The notes under the pieces were generated by a model. The model saw only the letters and a list, made by a program, of their open reading frames with translations, ran no database searches and had not been told where the DNA came from. 64,000 nt of DNA from Rebecca billardiae RCC1528 (lineage: Eukaryota; Protista; Haptophyta), in assembly GCA_965240325.2 (NCBI GenBank), contig OZ251246.1:682001-746000 (forward strand), in the 5' to 3' direction. Below, one piece after another: positions 1 to 10,757 of this stretch. The position numbers and the translations under genes were made by a program. Numbering within the stretch: the stretch's first letter is position 1; each line of letters begins with the position of its first letter.

Positions 1-265
1 GTGGCGAGGTACGGATTGCCGTCCCCGCCTTAGCGAGGCTTCCGGCGGCAGCTGCCCCCGTCGTGAGCTGGGCGAGCAGCACCACGAGAATCAGACTTGT
101 CCGGCCGAGCAGCAGACCCGCGCACGGCGCGCGCCGAGCGGAGGCCGCGGGCGCGAGCTCCGCACAGCACCGCACGTGCCGAACCTGCCGTGCTGAAAGC
201 AGGCGTTCGTGCCGTACGGGAAGCCGTGCTCGCGCATCGTCTGCCTCGTGACAGGCGACCGACAT
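1..265 (-). CDS. 5' part of a tandem paralog of the Pro-rich membrane protein (runs off the left edge)
   Basis: ATG at 265 opens MSVACHEADDARARLPVRHERLLSARQ...GRTSLILVVLLAQLTTGAAAAGSLAKAGTAIRTSP, which is closely similar to the N-terminus of 829..2655 and has no stop before the window edge. Confidence 0.8.
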   Translation of the reverse strand, partial: MSVACHEADDARARLPVRHERLLSARQVRHVRCCAELAPAASARRAPCAGLLLGRTSLILVVLLAQLTTGAAAAGSLAKAGTAIRTSP

Positions 266-828
266 CGCCCGTACGTACGGTGCGGTCGCGTGTTCCGCTC
301 GGCGGTTCGTTTGTTGTGAGAGGCGACTCGACGGTACCGATTCGCCGCTTCCATGGCGACCAGTTTTCTAGTCGTTCGTAGTACAGATCAGGCTCCGGCG
401 CTCTGATCAGGTCGCATCCGGAGGACACAGGTGTGCCGGACCAGCCCAACCACCCCTGGCCTACTACCGGTACGGCCCTTGCCTGGCCTGGCCCTTGTCC
501 CGACCGCTAAGAGTATTATAAGACTGAAGGTTCAGCCAAGGGCAGTCGTTAGCCTTCAGTTCAGTGCACGGGCAAAAGCAGCCCGCTGGGCCGGGCCGGC
601 CTCGGGGCCGGGCAGCCGGGGCTCAGAGTCGTTCTAGCAGTACGCCAGCCCCAGCCGCAGCGGGCCAGCCCCAGGGGCACGACACTGCTCACACTGACGT
701 GAGAGTCCGTCCGCTTGCGCGGCTGCTCGGCCAGTCCGGGAAGTCGCCGCAGTTGGAGATGGTCGGCGCGGGCGGCTGTGCCGCATTCGCACAGCCGGGC
801 TGCTGCGTGTGGCGTGGCAATCTCCGAA

Positions 829-1936
829 TCACAGCAGGCACACCGCCGCCCCGCCGCTGTGGCCGCCCGCCGGAGGCCCAGGCTGCTGCGGCTGATGAGC
901 GCGAGCGTGCGGCTCGCCGGCGTCGCCACCCCGCCCGCGCTCGAGGCGGCGGTACGGGGCGGTGCCCAGTGCGTGCGCGCGGCCGAGGAGGACGAGAAGC
1001 CCCGCGAGCACACCTAGCACAGCCACGGCTGCGACCAGCGCAATCGTCGGCGGCACAACGCCGGCACCCCATGGCCGCGCCAAAATCGAGGTCGCGCCGC
1101 GCGGGCGGCTTGCCTGCGCGGGCGCATGCTCCGTGACGAGACTGGCGCCGCCAATCCCGCCATCCGACACGCCTGTCGGTGGCGACAGGCCTGTGGGTGG
1201 CGGCGGCGACGGTGGCGGCGGCGAGGGCGGGCTCGGCGGCTGCGGTGGCAGCGGCGGCGGTGACGCCGGTGGCGGTGAGGGCGAGGGCGGCGGCGGCGGG
1301 CTGGGCGGCGGTGGTGGCGGCGGCGACGGTGGCGGGCTGGGCGGCGGTGGCGGCGAGGGCGAGGGCGGCGGCGGCGAGCTGGGCGGCGGTGGTGCGGGCG
1401 GCGAGCGCGGCTGCGGGGGCGGAGAGGGCGAGGGCGGCGGCGGCGAGCTGGGCGGCGGTGGTGCGGGCGGCGAGCGCGGTTGCGGCGGCGGTGAGGGCGA
1501 GGGCGGCGGCGGCGGGCTGGGCGGCGGCGGCGGCGGCGGCGAGGGTGGCGGGCTGGGCGGCGGCGGCGGCGAGGGCGAAGGCGGCGGCGGTGGGCTCGGC
1601 GGCGGTGGCGAGGGCGGCGGCGGCGGCGAGGGCGGCGGGAGGGGAGGCGGCGGCGGCGAGGGCGAGGGCGGCGGCGGAAGGCTCGGTGGTGGTGGCGAGG
1701 GCGGCGGCGGCGGCGAGGCCGGGGGTTGCTTCCCCGGCGGCGGTGAGGGCGAGGGCGGCGGCGGCGGGCTGGGCGGCGGCGGTGGCGGCGGCGAGGGCGG
1801 CGGGCTGGGTGGCGGCGGCGGCGAGGGCGAGGGCGGCGGCGGTGGGCTCGGTGGCGGCGGTAAGGGCGGCGGCGGCGGTGAGGGCGGCGGCAGCGGCGGC
1901 GGCGGCGGTGAGGGCGAGGGCGGCGGCGGCGGGCTT

Positions 1937-1968
<32 letters not shown>

Positions 1969-2655
1969 GCTGGGCGGCGGCGGTGGCGAGGGCGAGGGCG
2001 GCGGCGGTCGGCTTGGCGGCGGCGGGGAGGGCGGCGGCGGCGGAGTGGGCGGTGGGAGGGGTGGCGGCGGCGGCGAGGGCGAGGGCGGCGGCGGCGGGCT
2101 TGGTGGCGGCGGCGGCGGCGGCGAGGGTGGCGGGCTGGGCGGCGGCGGCGGCGAGGGCGAAGGCGGCGGCGGTGGGCTCGGCGGCGGCGGGGAGGGCGGC
2201 GGCGGCGGCAAGGGCGGCGGGCTGGGAGGCGGCGGTGGTGAGGGCGAGGGCGGCGGCGGCGGGCTGGGCGGCGGCGGCGGCGGCGGTGACGGTGGCGGGC
2301 TAGGTGGCGGCGGCGGCGAGGGCGAGGGCGGCGGCGGCGGCGGTGGCGAGGGCGGCGGGCTGGGCGGTGGCGGCGGCGAAGGCGATGGTGGCGGTGGCGA
2401 GGTGCGGGGTGCCGTCACCCGCGTAGCACCGCTCCTGTGGGCGGCAGCTGCCCCCGTCGTGAGCTGGGCGAGCAGCACCACGAGAATCAGACTTGTCCGG
2501 CCGAGCAGCAGACTCGCGCACGGCGCGCGCCGAGCGGAGGCCGCGGGCGCGAGCTCGCCACAACGCTGTCCGTGCCGTGCCTCCCGTGCTGACAACAGGC
2601 GTCCGCGCGGTACGGGAAGCCGTGCTCGCGCGCGGTCGGCCTCGTCGGCCGACAT
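829..2655 (-). CDS. Extensin/pherophorin-like Ser-Pro-rich cell-surface protein with C-terminal transmembrane helix
   Basis: Hydrophobic N-terminal segment (SLILVVLLAQL), about 400 aa of SPPPP/SPSPPPPP repeats, a TM helix (IALVAAVAVLGVLAGLLVLL) and a short tail. Confidence 0.8.
1195..2400. repeat. GGC-rich coding tandem repeat (SPn units)
   Basis: Directly visible ggcggcggc/gagggcgagggc array encoding poly-Pro/Ser. Confidence 0.95.
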
Positions 2656-3291
2656 CGCTTCTTCTCCGAATCGGCGGTGCGGGCGCGAGCGCCGCGCGCG
2701 CGACGCTTGGCGCGCTCACCTTTGCAAGTGCTTCCCGGAAACGGGTCCCTCCCAGCCGCTCGCTTCCGCCGCGCCTTCCTGTCCGGTCGCTCGGAGGGCG
2801 GCCACCCACCGGTCGTTCCAGGGCCTTCTCCAGGACCTGAGCGCCCGGACCCAGTCCCAGGCACGACGATGCCGCTGACTGCTAGTGTATTTGTGACTAG
2901 TAGCCTAGCTGACGAGCATGTACACTGTAAGTGACAGGGTCTTTCCGGACGGTGGCCCAGCGGCAGCGGCGGCCGCCAGGTTCAGATGAGGCGGGACCGT
3001 CGCAGACGGTTGCCAGGGCCATGCCACGGTAGTGCCAGTCGAGTGGCGGCTCAGAACCGCAGGAGCGGGCACGGAGAGGCTGGGCAGTCGGGCGGCACTG
3101 GCGTGACTCCGTGTGACGGGCGGCGGCAGCTGAGCCGTCCGACCCACGCCCACGCTGCCAAGAGGGCATGCGCGGGCTTGGCGCGAGCAGAGCAGAGGGC
3201 AGAAGCAGAGCACACACGCGGCGCGTGGTCAGGTGCGCGGGCAGCGGCGCGCTGCCAGTCAGGCGCGACCGCTGACTGCTGCGCGCCGCTG

Positions 3292-4866
3292 CTAGCTCGG
3301 CGCCGCCGCCGGGCCATCGGCGCCGCCGCCGCTCGGCGCAGTGTACTGCTCCAGCGCCGCGTCGGCGCGGCCGGTGCTCAGGTCGCAGCCGAGGGGCAGC
3401 TCAGCGCTCGGCTTGACCCACACCGCGCCCGTGCGCAGCGCGCGCGCGAAGCTGCTCGCGCGCGCCGCGCTGCTCGTCCACACGCCGGCGGCCAGCGTGA
3501 ACCGAGCGTCTGCCGCGCGCGCCACCGCCTCCTCGTCAGTCGAGTGCTTGAGCACGCAGAGCACGGGCCCGGCGGAGGCGGCGCGCGCGATGGTCATGTG
3601 GTCGCGCACCTCGGCGAAGACGGCCGGGCGCATGAAGTACCCCACGCCGCCGAGCACCTCGCCGCCCGCCACGAGCCGCGCGCCCTCCGCGCAGCCCGCG
3701 CGCACCTGCCGCTGCGCGAGCCGCAGGCCGCTCGAGCTGACGATCGGACCCTGGCCCGTGCGCGCGTCGAACGGGTCGCCGACGTGCACGTGCGCGGCGC
3801 GCTCGGCGGCGCGCGCGACGAACTCGTCGTACACCTTCTCGTGCACGAACACCCGGCTGTCCGTCGCGCACAGCTTGCCGTGGCTCGAGAGTGCCGCGCG
3901 CACCGTCTCCTCAGCCGCCTGCGCGACGTCGGCGTCCTCACACACGATCGCGGCCGACTTGGCGGAGAGTGAGTCGTACGCGACCTTGTTGACGAGCGGG
4001 TGCGCGGCGAGCGCGGTGGAGGTGGACGCGTCCGGGCCGGCGAGCACGTTCAGCACGCCCGGCGGCACGCCCGCCTCCGCCGCGAGCTCGGCGACGCGCA
4101 GCAACGAGAGCGGCGCCTGCCGCGGCGCCCTCAGTACCGCCGTGTTGCCCGCCGCCAGCAGCGGCGCGACTTCCCACATGCCCATGAGGAGCGGGCGGCA
4201 GGTGGGGATGATGGCGGCGACGACGCCGACGGGCACGCGCGGCGACGTGTCCGGCGCGCGCAGCGCCGTGCCGTGCGTCCAGCTCGCGCCCGAGAAGGCG
4301 CGCAGCAGCGCCGCGCTCAGTGGCACATCGGCTTCTCGCACGCACGAGAAGATCTTGCCGCCGTCGAGGGTCTCGAGGGCGGCGATCTCGTCGGCGTGCG
4401 CGTCGAGCGCGTCGGCGAACCGGCGGAGCAGCGCGCCGCGCTCCGCCGCCGACATGCGCGGCCACGGGCCGCGGCGGAACGCGCGATCTGCCGCGCGCAC
4501 CGCCGCGTCGACGTCCGCCTTGCCCGCCTCGGCGACCGCGCAGATGGGCTGTGCCGAGCGCGGGTCGATGGTGTCGAAGGTGCGCCCGCTGACCGAGTCG
4601 GTTGGCGCACCGTCGATGAAGAGCCGCGTCGCCGTCGGTATCGGCGCTTTCGCGCCGCGCGCGCGCGTGGCCGCGCGCGCGACCGTCTCGAGGATGCGCG
4701 CCGCCGCGCGCTCGTCGGCGCGCGCCTGCTGCAGGGTGGACAGAGCGCGTATGCTCGGCAGGAGGCGGGTGGCGGCGTAGAGTGGCGCGGCGAGCGCCGG
4801 GGTCGCCGCTGGCAGCGCGCGTGCCAGCGGCACGAGCGGCGAGTGGCTGGAGAGCGCGAGTAGCAT
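3292..4866 (-). CDS. Aldehyde dehydrogenase family (ALDH1/2-like) protein, probably mitochondrial, with degenerate catalytic and cofactor motifs
   Basis: Motifs LFIDG..SVSGRTFDTIDP, ADVDAAVRAA, ETLDGGK, AGVPPGVLNVL, GDPFD...QGP, GYFMRPAVF and LAAGVWT. ATG at 4866 is preferred over the TTG at 4917, and the Arg/Ala/Ser-rich N-terminus resembles a presequence. Confidence 0.85.
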   Translation of the reverse strand: MLLALSSHSPLVPLARALPAATPALAAPLYAATRLLPSIRALSTLQQARADERAAARILETVARAATRARGAKAPIPTATRLFIDGAPTDSVSGRTFDTIDPRSAQPICAVAEAGKADVDAAVRAADRAFRRGPWPRMSAAERGALLRRFADALDAHADEIAALETLDGGKIFSCVREADVPLSAALLRAFSGASWTHGTALRAPDTSPRVPVGVVAAIIPTCRPLLMGMWEVAPLLAAGNTAVLRAPRQAPLSLLRVAELAAEAGVPPGVLNVLAGPDASTSTALAAHPLVNKVAYDSLSAKSAAIVCEDADVAQAAEETVRAALSSHGKLCATDSRVFVHEKVYDEFVARAAERAAHVHVGDPFDARTGQGPIVSSSGLRLAQRQVRAGCAEGARLVAGGEVLGGVGYFMRPAVFAEVRDHMTIARAASAGPVLCVLKHSTDEEAVARAADARFTLAAGVWTSSAARASSFARALRTGAVWVKPSAELPLGCDLSTGRADAALEQYTAPSGGGADGPAAAPS

Positions 4867-5423
4867 GGTTTGTGGCCACGGGGAAGTGGCCGAGGAAAGG
4901 GCGGAGACCGTTCGCAATCTGCGCGCCCGGCCGGCCGGGCGCAGCGGCAGGGGGGGGACGGGTGGAATGGGAATGTGCCGGCGACTCGGCGAATAAAGCG
5001 CCGAAGCACTTGAGGTTCACAAATTCCACCAGGCCACTGATAGATGGGTAACACGCCTCTGCCGCCGCCGGGATTGGCCGACCGAGCGCGTGTGAACCTT
5101 CACTTTCAAGCCGAAAAGAATATGGGGCGATCGCGCCCCAATGAATGTTGAACGCGTGATCCAAAAGCAAGATCGAGTCATGGGGATTCGACCCTGATTT
5201 CATCAACCTCTTGAGTAGCTGTAGAGTAGGCCCATCAAAATTAATGCCGTTTCGCTCCGTTCGCCCGCCCGACTTTCATAATAATGATCGGCTCAGAGCT
5301 TCGGCGCTCTTGTGTCCGATGGTGTTCCAACTCATGATCATTGATGATGATTTACAATAACTTTACTCACCGTAGCCATCATCTTGCAGCCTGCCTAGCT
5401 GACAGCTGTGTACGCGCGGGCCA

Positions 5424-8146
5424 TCACTGCCCCGGCGGCGGCGCGCGCGGCGCGGGCTGCCCGCGCGGCCGCCCCTCCGCGCCGCCGCCTTCGCGGAGCA
5501 CGGCGCTCGCGCGCTCGAGCACGGCGCGCGGGAAGCCGGCGACGCGCGCCGCGTGCAGCCCGTACGAGCACGGCGCGGCGCCGGGCTCGAGCGAGTAGGT
5601 GAACTCGACCGCCTCGTCGTGCGCGAGCGCGGGCTCGGCGTCGGGCGTGCTCGGCGGCGCGCCGTCCGCCCCGCCACCCGCCGCGCCGCGCCCTGCGCCG
5701 CGCTCGACGGGCTTGGCGCCCATCTGCGCGGCGGCGACAAGGCCAGGCAGCTCGTTGGCGAGCTCAGTGAGTGCGTGGTAGTGTGTGGCGAAGAGCGCGC
5801 GGCAGCCGACGCTCGTGGCCAGGTGCTCCGCGACCGCGCGCGCGATCGCCTCGCCGTCGTCCGCGCTCGTGCCCCGCCCCACCTCGTCGAGCAGCACGAG
5901 GCTCGCCGCGCTCGCGTGCCGCAGGATCTCGGCAGTCTCGCGCATCTCGACGGTGAAGGTGGAGAGACCGCCGCCGATGTCGTCGACCGCGCCGACGCGC
6001 GTGAAGACGCGGTCGGCGAGCGTGAGCGTCGCCGCGTCCGCCGGCACGAAGCACCCCGCCTGCGCCATCAGCTGCACCAGCCCGAGCGTGCGCAGGTACA
6101 CAGACTTGCCGCCGGCGTTTGGGCCCGTCAGAATCAGCATGGCCGCCGCGCCGTCGCCCGCGCGCGCGGCGGCCGCCGGCGCACCGCCGCGCGCGGCGGG
6201 CGAGCCGGCGTGCCGCGCGTGCGCCGCCGCGTGCGCGGCCGAGCCGCCCAGCGCCGCCGGGTTGGGCACGAACGCGCCCGGCGGCAGCAGCCGCTCGACG
6301 ACCGGGTGGCGGATGTTCTCCGCGCGCAGCACGTGCGCCGCCGGACCGGGCTCGGCCGGACCGCCGCCCGGCTCGGCCGGACCGCCGCCCGGCTCGGCCG
6401 GAGCGCCGCCCGGCTCAGGCGGCGCGGGCAGGATGTGCGGCCGGCAGTACCCCTCGTCCACGGCGGTCTGCGCGAAGCTCGCGAGCGCGTCGACGCGCGC
6501 GACGAGCGCGCACGCCGCGCGCGCCGCGTCGGCGTACGCGTCGATCTCGCCGAGAAGCTTCTCGAACGCGGCCGTCTCGAGTGCGACGATGCGGCGCGTG
6601 GCGCGCGCGAGCGCCGACTCGCGCGCGCGCAGCTCGTGCGTGCTGAAGCGACGCTCGCGCTGCGCGGCGCAGGGCAGCTCGAGCCAGCCGTCGGGCAGCG
6701 CGCCGCCCGCCTTGCCGCCGCCGAGCAGCCGCAGGCCCGCCGCGCTCTTCACCTGGATGAACCGCTCGCCCGTGCGCGCGGTCGTCACCAGCCGCAGCGG
6801 AATCTGCGTGCGCGCCGATTCCAACACTTCGAACTCTGCGAGGTACGCGCGCGCCGCGGCGGCGCGCGCGCGCTGCGCCGAGAGCTCGGCGCACGCGACC
6901 GAGGGCGCGATCACCGCCTCGCCGCCCTCGCCGCCGATCCGCGCCGGCGGCTCGTCGACGAGCGTGCGGCCAATCAGATCGCTCAGCTCGGACAGCGCCG
7001 CGCGCGCGCGCGGCTCCAGGGGCGAGAGGAGGGCTGGCCAGTCAGACGATGGCGGCGGCTGCTGCTGCTGCTGCGGGTGCGGCTCCAGGGGCGAGAGGAG
7101 GGCTGGCCAGTCAGACGATGGCGGCGGCTGCTGCTGCTGCTGCGGGTGCGGCTCCAGGGGCGAGAGGAGGGCTGGCCAGTCAGACGATGGCGGCGGCTGC
7201 TGCTGCTGCTGCGGGTGCGGCTCCAGGGGCGAGAGGAGGGCTGGCCAGTCAGACGATGGCGGCGGCTGCTGCTGCTGCTGCGGGTGCGGCTCCAGGGGCG
7301 AGAGGAGGGCTGGCCAGTCAGACGATGGCGGCGGCTGCTGCTGCTGCTGCGGGTGCGGCTCCAGGGGCGAGAGGAGGGCTGGCCAGTCAGACGATGGCGG
7401 CGGCGGCGGCTGCTGCTGCTGCGGGTGCGGCGGCTGCTGCTGCGCCGCCGCCGCCGCTGCGCTGGCGGCGCGGGCGGCGGCGGTGTCCTCGGCGGCGGCG
7501 GCGTGCGCCGAGCCGCCGCCGAGCCCGCCCGACCCCTCGGCCGCGCCGCGCGCGCTCGGCTGCGCGCCCGCCGCAGCGGCCGCCGCGGCCGGCCCGAAGA
7601 GCGCCCGCCTCGCGCGAGCGTCGTCGCCCAGCGCGGCGGCGCGCGCGCCCTCCAGCGCGGCCTCGATGCGCGCGAACGCGCGGATCGAAGTCCGGATCGT
7701 GCCGACGCACTGCGGGCTCGCGCGGCGCGTCTGCACGCGCGTGAGCAGGCGCTCGACGTCCTTGAAGCCACGCAGCGCGCCGCGCAGCGCCGCGCGCCCG
7801 CCGTGCGCGCCCGCGAGCGCGGCGACCGCGTCGTGTCGGCTGATGACCGTTGGCCGGTGGGTCGAGGGTCGGGAGAGCCACTGGCGGAGCAGGCGCGAGC
7901 CGACCGCGGTGCGCGTGCGGTCAAGCGCCCAGAGCAGCGAGCCGCGCCGCTCGCCCGTCCGCGCGGTGCGCTCGATCTCGAGATTGCGCCGCGCCGCCTC
8001 GTCCAGTTCCATACTGTCCCCGAGCGCGTAGACAGTTGGCGGCCGCAGCTGCGGCATGCGGATTCGGCCCGCTCGCGGCGCGTCGGCGGTGCTGAGCAGG
8101 CCGTCGGCGTCGTCCGCGGCGTCGGCGTCCGCGTCCGCGTCCGCGT

Positions 8147-8178
<32 letters not shown>

Positions 8179-8726
8179 GAGTCGGAGTCCGCGTCGGCGT
8201 TCGCGTCGGTGGCGGCCTCCGCGCCGCGCGCGGCGTCGGCGCGCGCGCCACCGCTCGTGGCGGCGCGGCGTCGGCGCGCACGGCCTGTGGTGGCAGGGGC
8301 CGCAGCTGCGCCCTTCGCGCCCGCGGTGGCGGTGGCGTTGGGCGCGGCGGTCGTGTCGCGCGGCGCGAGCTTCTCCACCTCGTCCGCCGCCGCGGTCGTC
8401 TCGCGCACGTAGCCCAGCAGCGCGCCGAGCGCCTGCGTCGCGCGCGCGTGCCTCCCGAGCCCGAGCGCTTGCAGCGGCGCGCCGCCGTAGTGAGTGGCGA
8501 TGGCTGCGGCCGCGCGCGCCTCGCAAAAGGCGCGCGGCGGGAGCAGCAGGTAGCGCGCGCTGGCGGGGGCCCAGCTGGGCACGTCGGGGCACGAGCGCGC
8601 CTGGCCGGGCAGCAGGCAGCGCGGCACGACGCGCGTGCCCTCCTCTCCCTCGGCACTCGCGCCGCCGCCGCCGCCGCCGCCGCCACCGCCGCTGCCGCCG
8701 CCGCTGCCGCCGCCGCCGCTGCCGCC

Positions 8727-8757
<31 letters not shown>

Positions 8758-10757
8758 TAGGGCACGAGGATCTCGGCGGGCGAGATACGCGCGAGCTCGG
8801 CCGCGAGGGCGCTCGGGGAGGATGACTCCGTGGCCCACACCTCGCCCGTCGAGATGTCGGCGTACACCAGCGCGCTCGGCGGCGCCGCCGCGCTGGCGGC
8901 GCTGGCCCCGGGCAGCCCGGCCGCCGCCGCGCCCGCGCCCGGCGCGGCCGCGTCGTCTCCCGGACTTTCGGAGCCGGAGCCGCCGGAGCGGTGCGTGGGC
9001 CCGCCCGGCAGCAGGACGGCGAGGAAGTTGTGCTCGGGCGAGAGCCAGCCCTCCTCGAGCAGCGTGCCCGGCGTGAGCACGCGCTCGAGGTAGCGCTTCA
9101 CGCGCGGCCGGCCCGCGCCGTCCGCGCCGACGGTGTACTGCTGGCACACCGCCACGGAGACGCCCGCCTCGAGCAGCGAGTGGCAGTGCGCGCTGAGGCG
9201 CTGGTGGGGGAAACCCGCCATGGGCACGTTGACGACCCACTGCCCCGCGCCGGCGCCGGCGTCCGGCTCGGCGCGCGCGTCGTCGCCCACCCACACCGCG
9301 CCCGCCATCGGCGGCGCGCCCGGCTCGCGCCACTCCGCGCTCCGGCGTAACTGCCGCCGTGTAACGGTCATGTCCAGAGTCCGGCCCAGCAGGGTGGCGT
9401 CCTCAAAGTACGCCTCGAAGAAGTCGCCGATCCGGACGAGCAGGAGCGCGTGCTCATGCCGCCGCTTGTCGCGCACGTACCGCTGCAGCATGTCCGGCAG
9501 CTTGCTCACGTCGACCGTGCGCGTCGTCACCGCGACGCCGGCCGCGGCTGCGCCCGACGCGCCGGCGCCGCGCGCGCTCCGCACGCCGCCTGTCGCCTCC
9601 GGCGCGCCCGCGCCCGCGCCCATCTCAGAGTCCTCGGGGGCGAGGGCACCCGCGATCGGCTCGAGCTCGGCGTAAGGATCGCCCGCCGCATCGGCATCCA
9701 CGTCGGCGGCCCGCGCGGCCGGCACTGCCGCCCATGCGCCGCCGTCCGCGCGCTCCGCCGCCTCCGCCGCCGCCGCCGCCGCCGCCGCCGCCCCCTCCGC
9801 CGCCGGCTCCGCCGCCGCCGCCGCCGCCTCCGCCGCCTCCGCCTCCGCCGCCTCCGCCGCCGCCGCCGCCGCCGCCTCCGCCTCCGAGTGGGCGGCGGTC
9901 GGCGCGCGCCGCCGTGCGCCCGAACGCGCCGCGCTCGCGGCGGCTCGCGCGCCCGGCCTCGCGCCGCGCGTGTCCAGCTCGAACGCCGTCGCCTTCAGCC
10001 GCGGCACCGACAGGCCGTACTGGAGGTCGAGCCGATCCACGATGGCCGCCAGCAGCCGGCAGTCGTCGAGCGCGCGGTGCGTCGGCCGGAGCGCCGCGAC
10101 GTCGAGCTCGAAGAAGCGGGCGAGCGCGTCGAGCGACATGCGCTCGGGCGCGGCGCGGACCCACGGCTGCCTGAACAGCTCGCGCGCCACCGCGAGCGAG
10201 TCGGCGAACCGCCAGCCCGGCGGCAGCGCCAGGCCGGCGCGCGCGAGCTCGGCCGCGAGGAACGGAGCGTCGAACGCTCGGCAGTTGTGCGCGCACAGGA
10301 TGGCGTGCTCGCCGACGAAGTCGTGCAGCGCGCGCAGCGCCTCGTCGGCGGAGGGCACGCCCGGCGCGTGCACCTGCGCGTCCTTGAGCCCCGTCAGCCG
10401 CGAGATCGTGCCGCGCACGCGGTGCGCGGCCCCCGGGTTCACGAGGGTCGAGAAGGCTTCGCCGCTGGCCGGGTCGAGCGCGCCGATCTCGATGACGCGG
10501 TTGCGCGTCTTGGAGAGCCCCGTCGTCTCGAGGTCGAAGTAGAGGAGCCGCGTGCCACGCGCCTCCGCCGCGCCCTCCGCCGCGCTGCGCGCGGCGCCGT
10601 CGCCGCCGTCGGCTGGCGCTACCGCCGCCGCGCGCATGGCGAGGGCGTGCGAGCGCGCAAGCGGCGCGACGCGCGAGCGCACGAGGGCGGCGCGCGCGCC
10701 GCCGCGCTGGAACGAGGCGAGGGCCGCGATCATCATCAGGCGCCACGCCACGCGCAT
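5424..10757 (-). CDS. mutS: MutS1-type mismatch-repair ATPase fused to an N-terminal DEDDh 3'-5' exonuclease; putative plastid targeting; about 1777 aa
   Basis: Exonuclease motifs: YFDLETTG, AHNCRAFDAPFL, HRALDD. MutS domain I: RIGDFFEAY, PMAGFPH, RVLTPGT. Domain III: RRNLEI..GSLLWALDRT. ATPase: TGPNAGGKS, FTRVGAVDD, STFTVEM, LLDEVGRGT, FATHYH, SYGLHAARVAGFP. ATG at 10757 starts MRVAWRLMMIAALASF. Confidence 0.9.
7012..7428. repeat. 69-bp tandem repeat x6 inside mutS, encoding PHPQQQQQPPPSSDWPALLSPLE
   Basis: Unit ggctccaggggcgagaggagggctggccagtcagacgatggcggcggctgctgctgctgctgcgggtgc starts at 7012, 7081, 7150, 7219, 7288 and 7357. Confidence 0.95.

Noticed and set aside
962-2878. 638-aa Gly-rich plus-strand ORF
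   Set aside because: Antisense of the Pro-rich gene, which has a signal region, a TM helix and a paralog.
7012-7428. CRISPR-like array
   Set aside because: The units are contiguous and near-identical with no unique spacers, lie in frame within a CDS, and have no cas genes nearby.
5553-8825. Long plus-strand ORFs (1090 aa and 748 aa), and similar ones at 3341-4780, 22572-24470 and 32225-34138
   Set aside because: Shadow ORFs opposite recognisable genes in very high-GC DNA.
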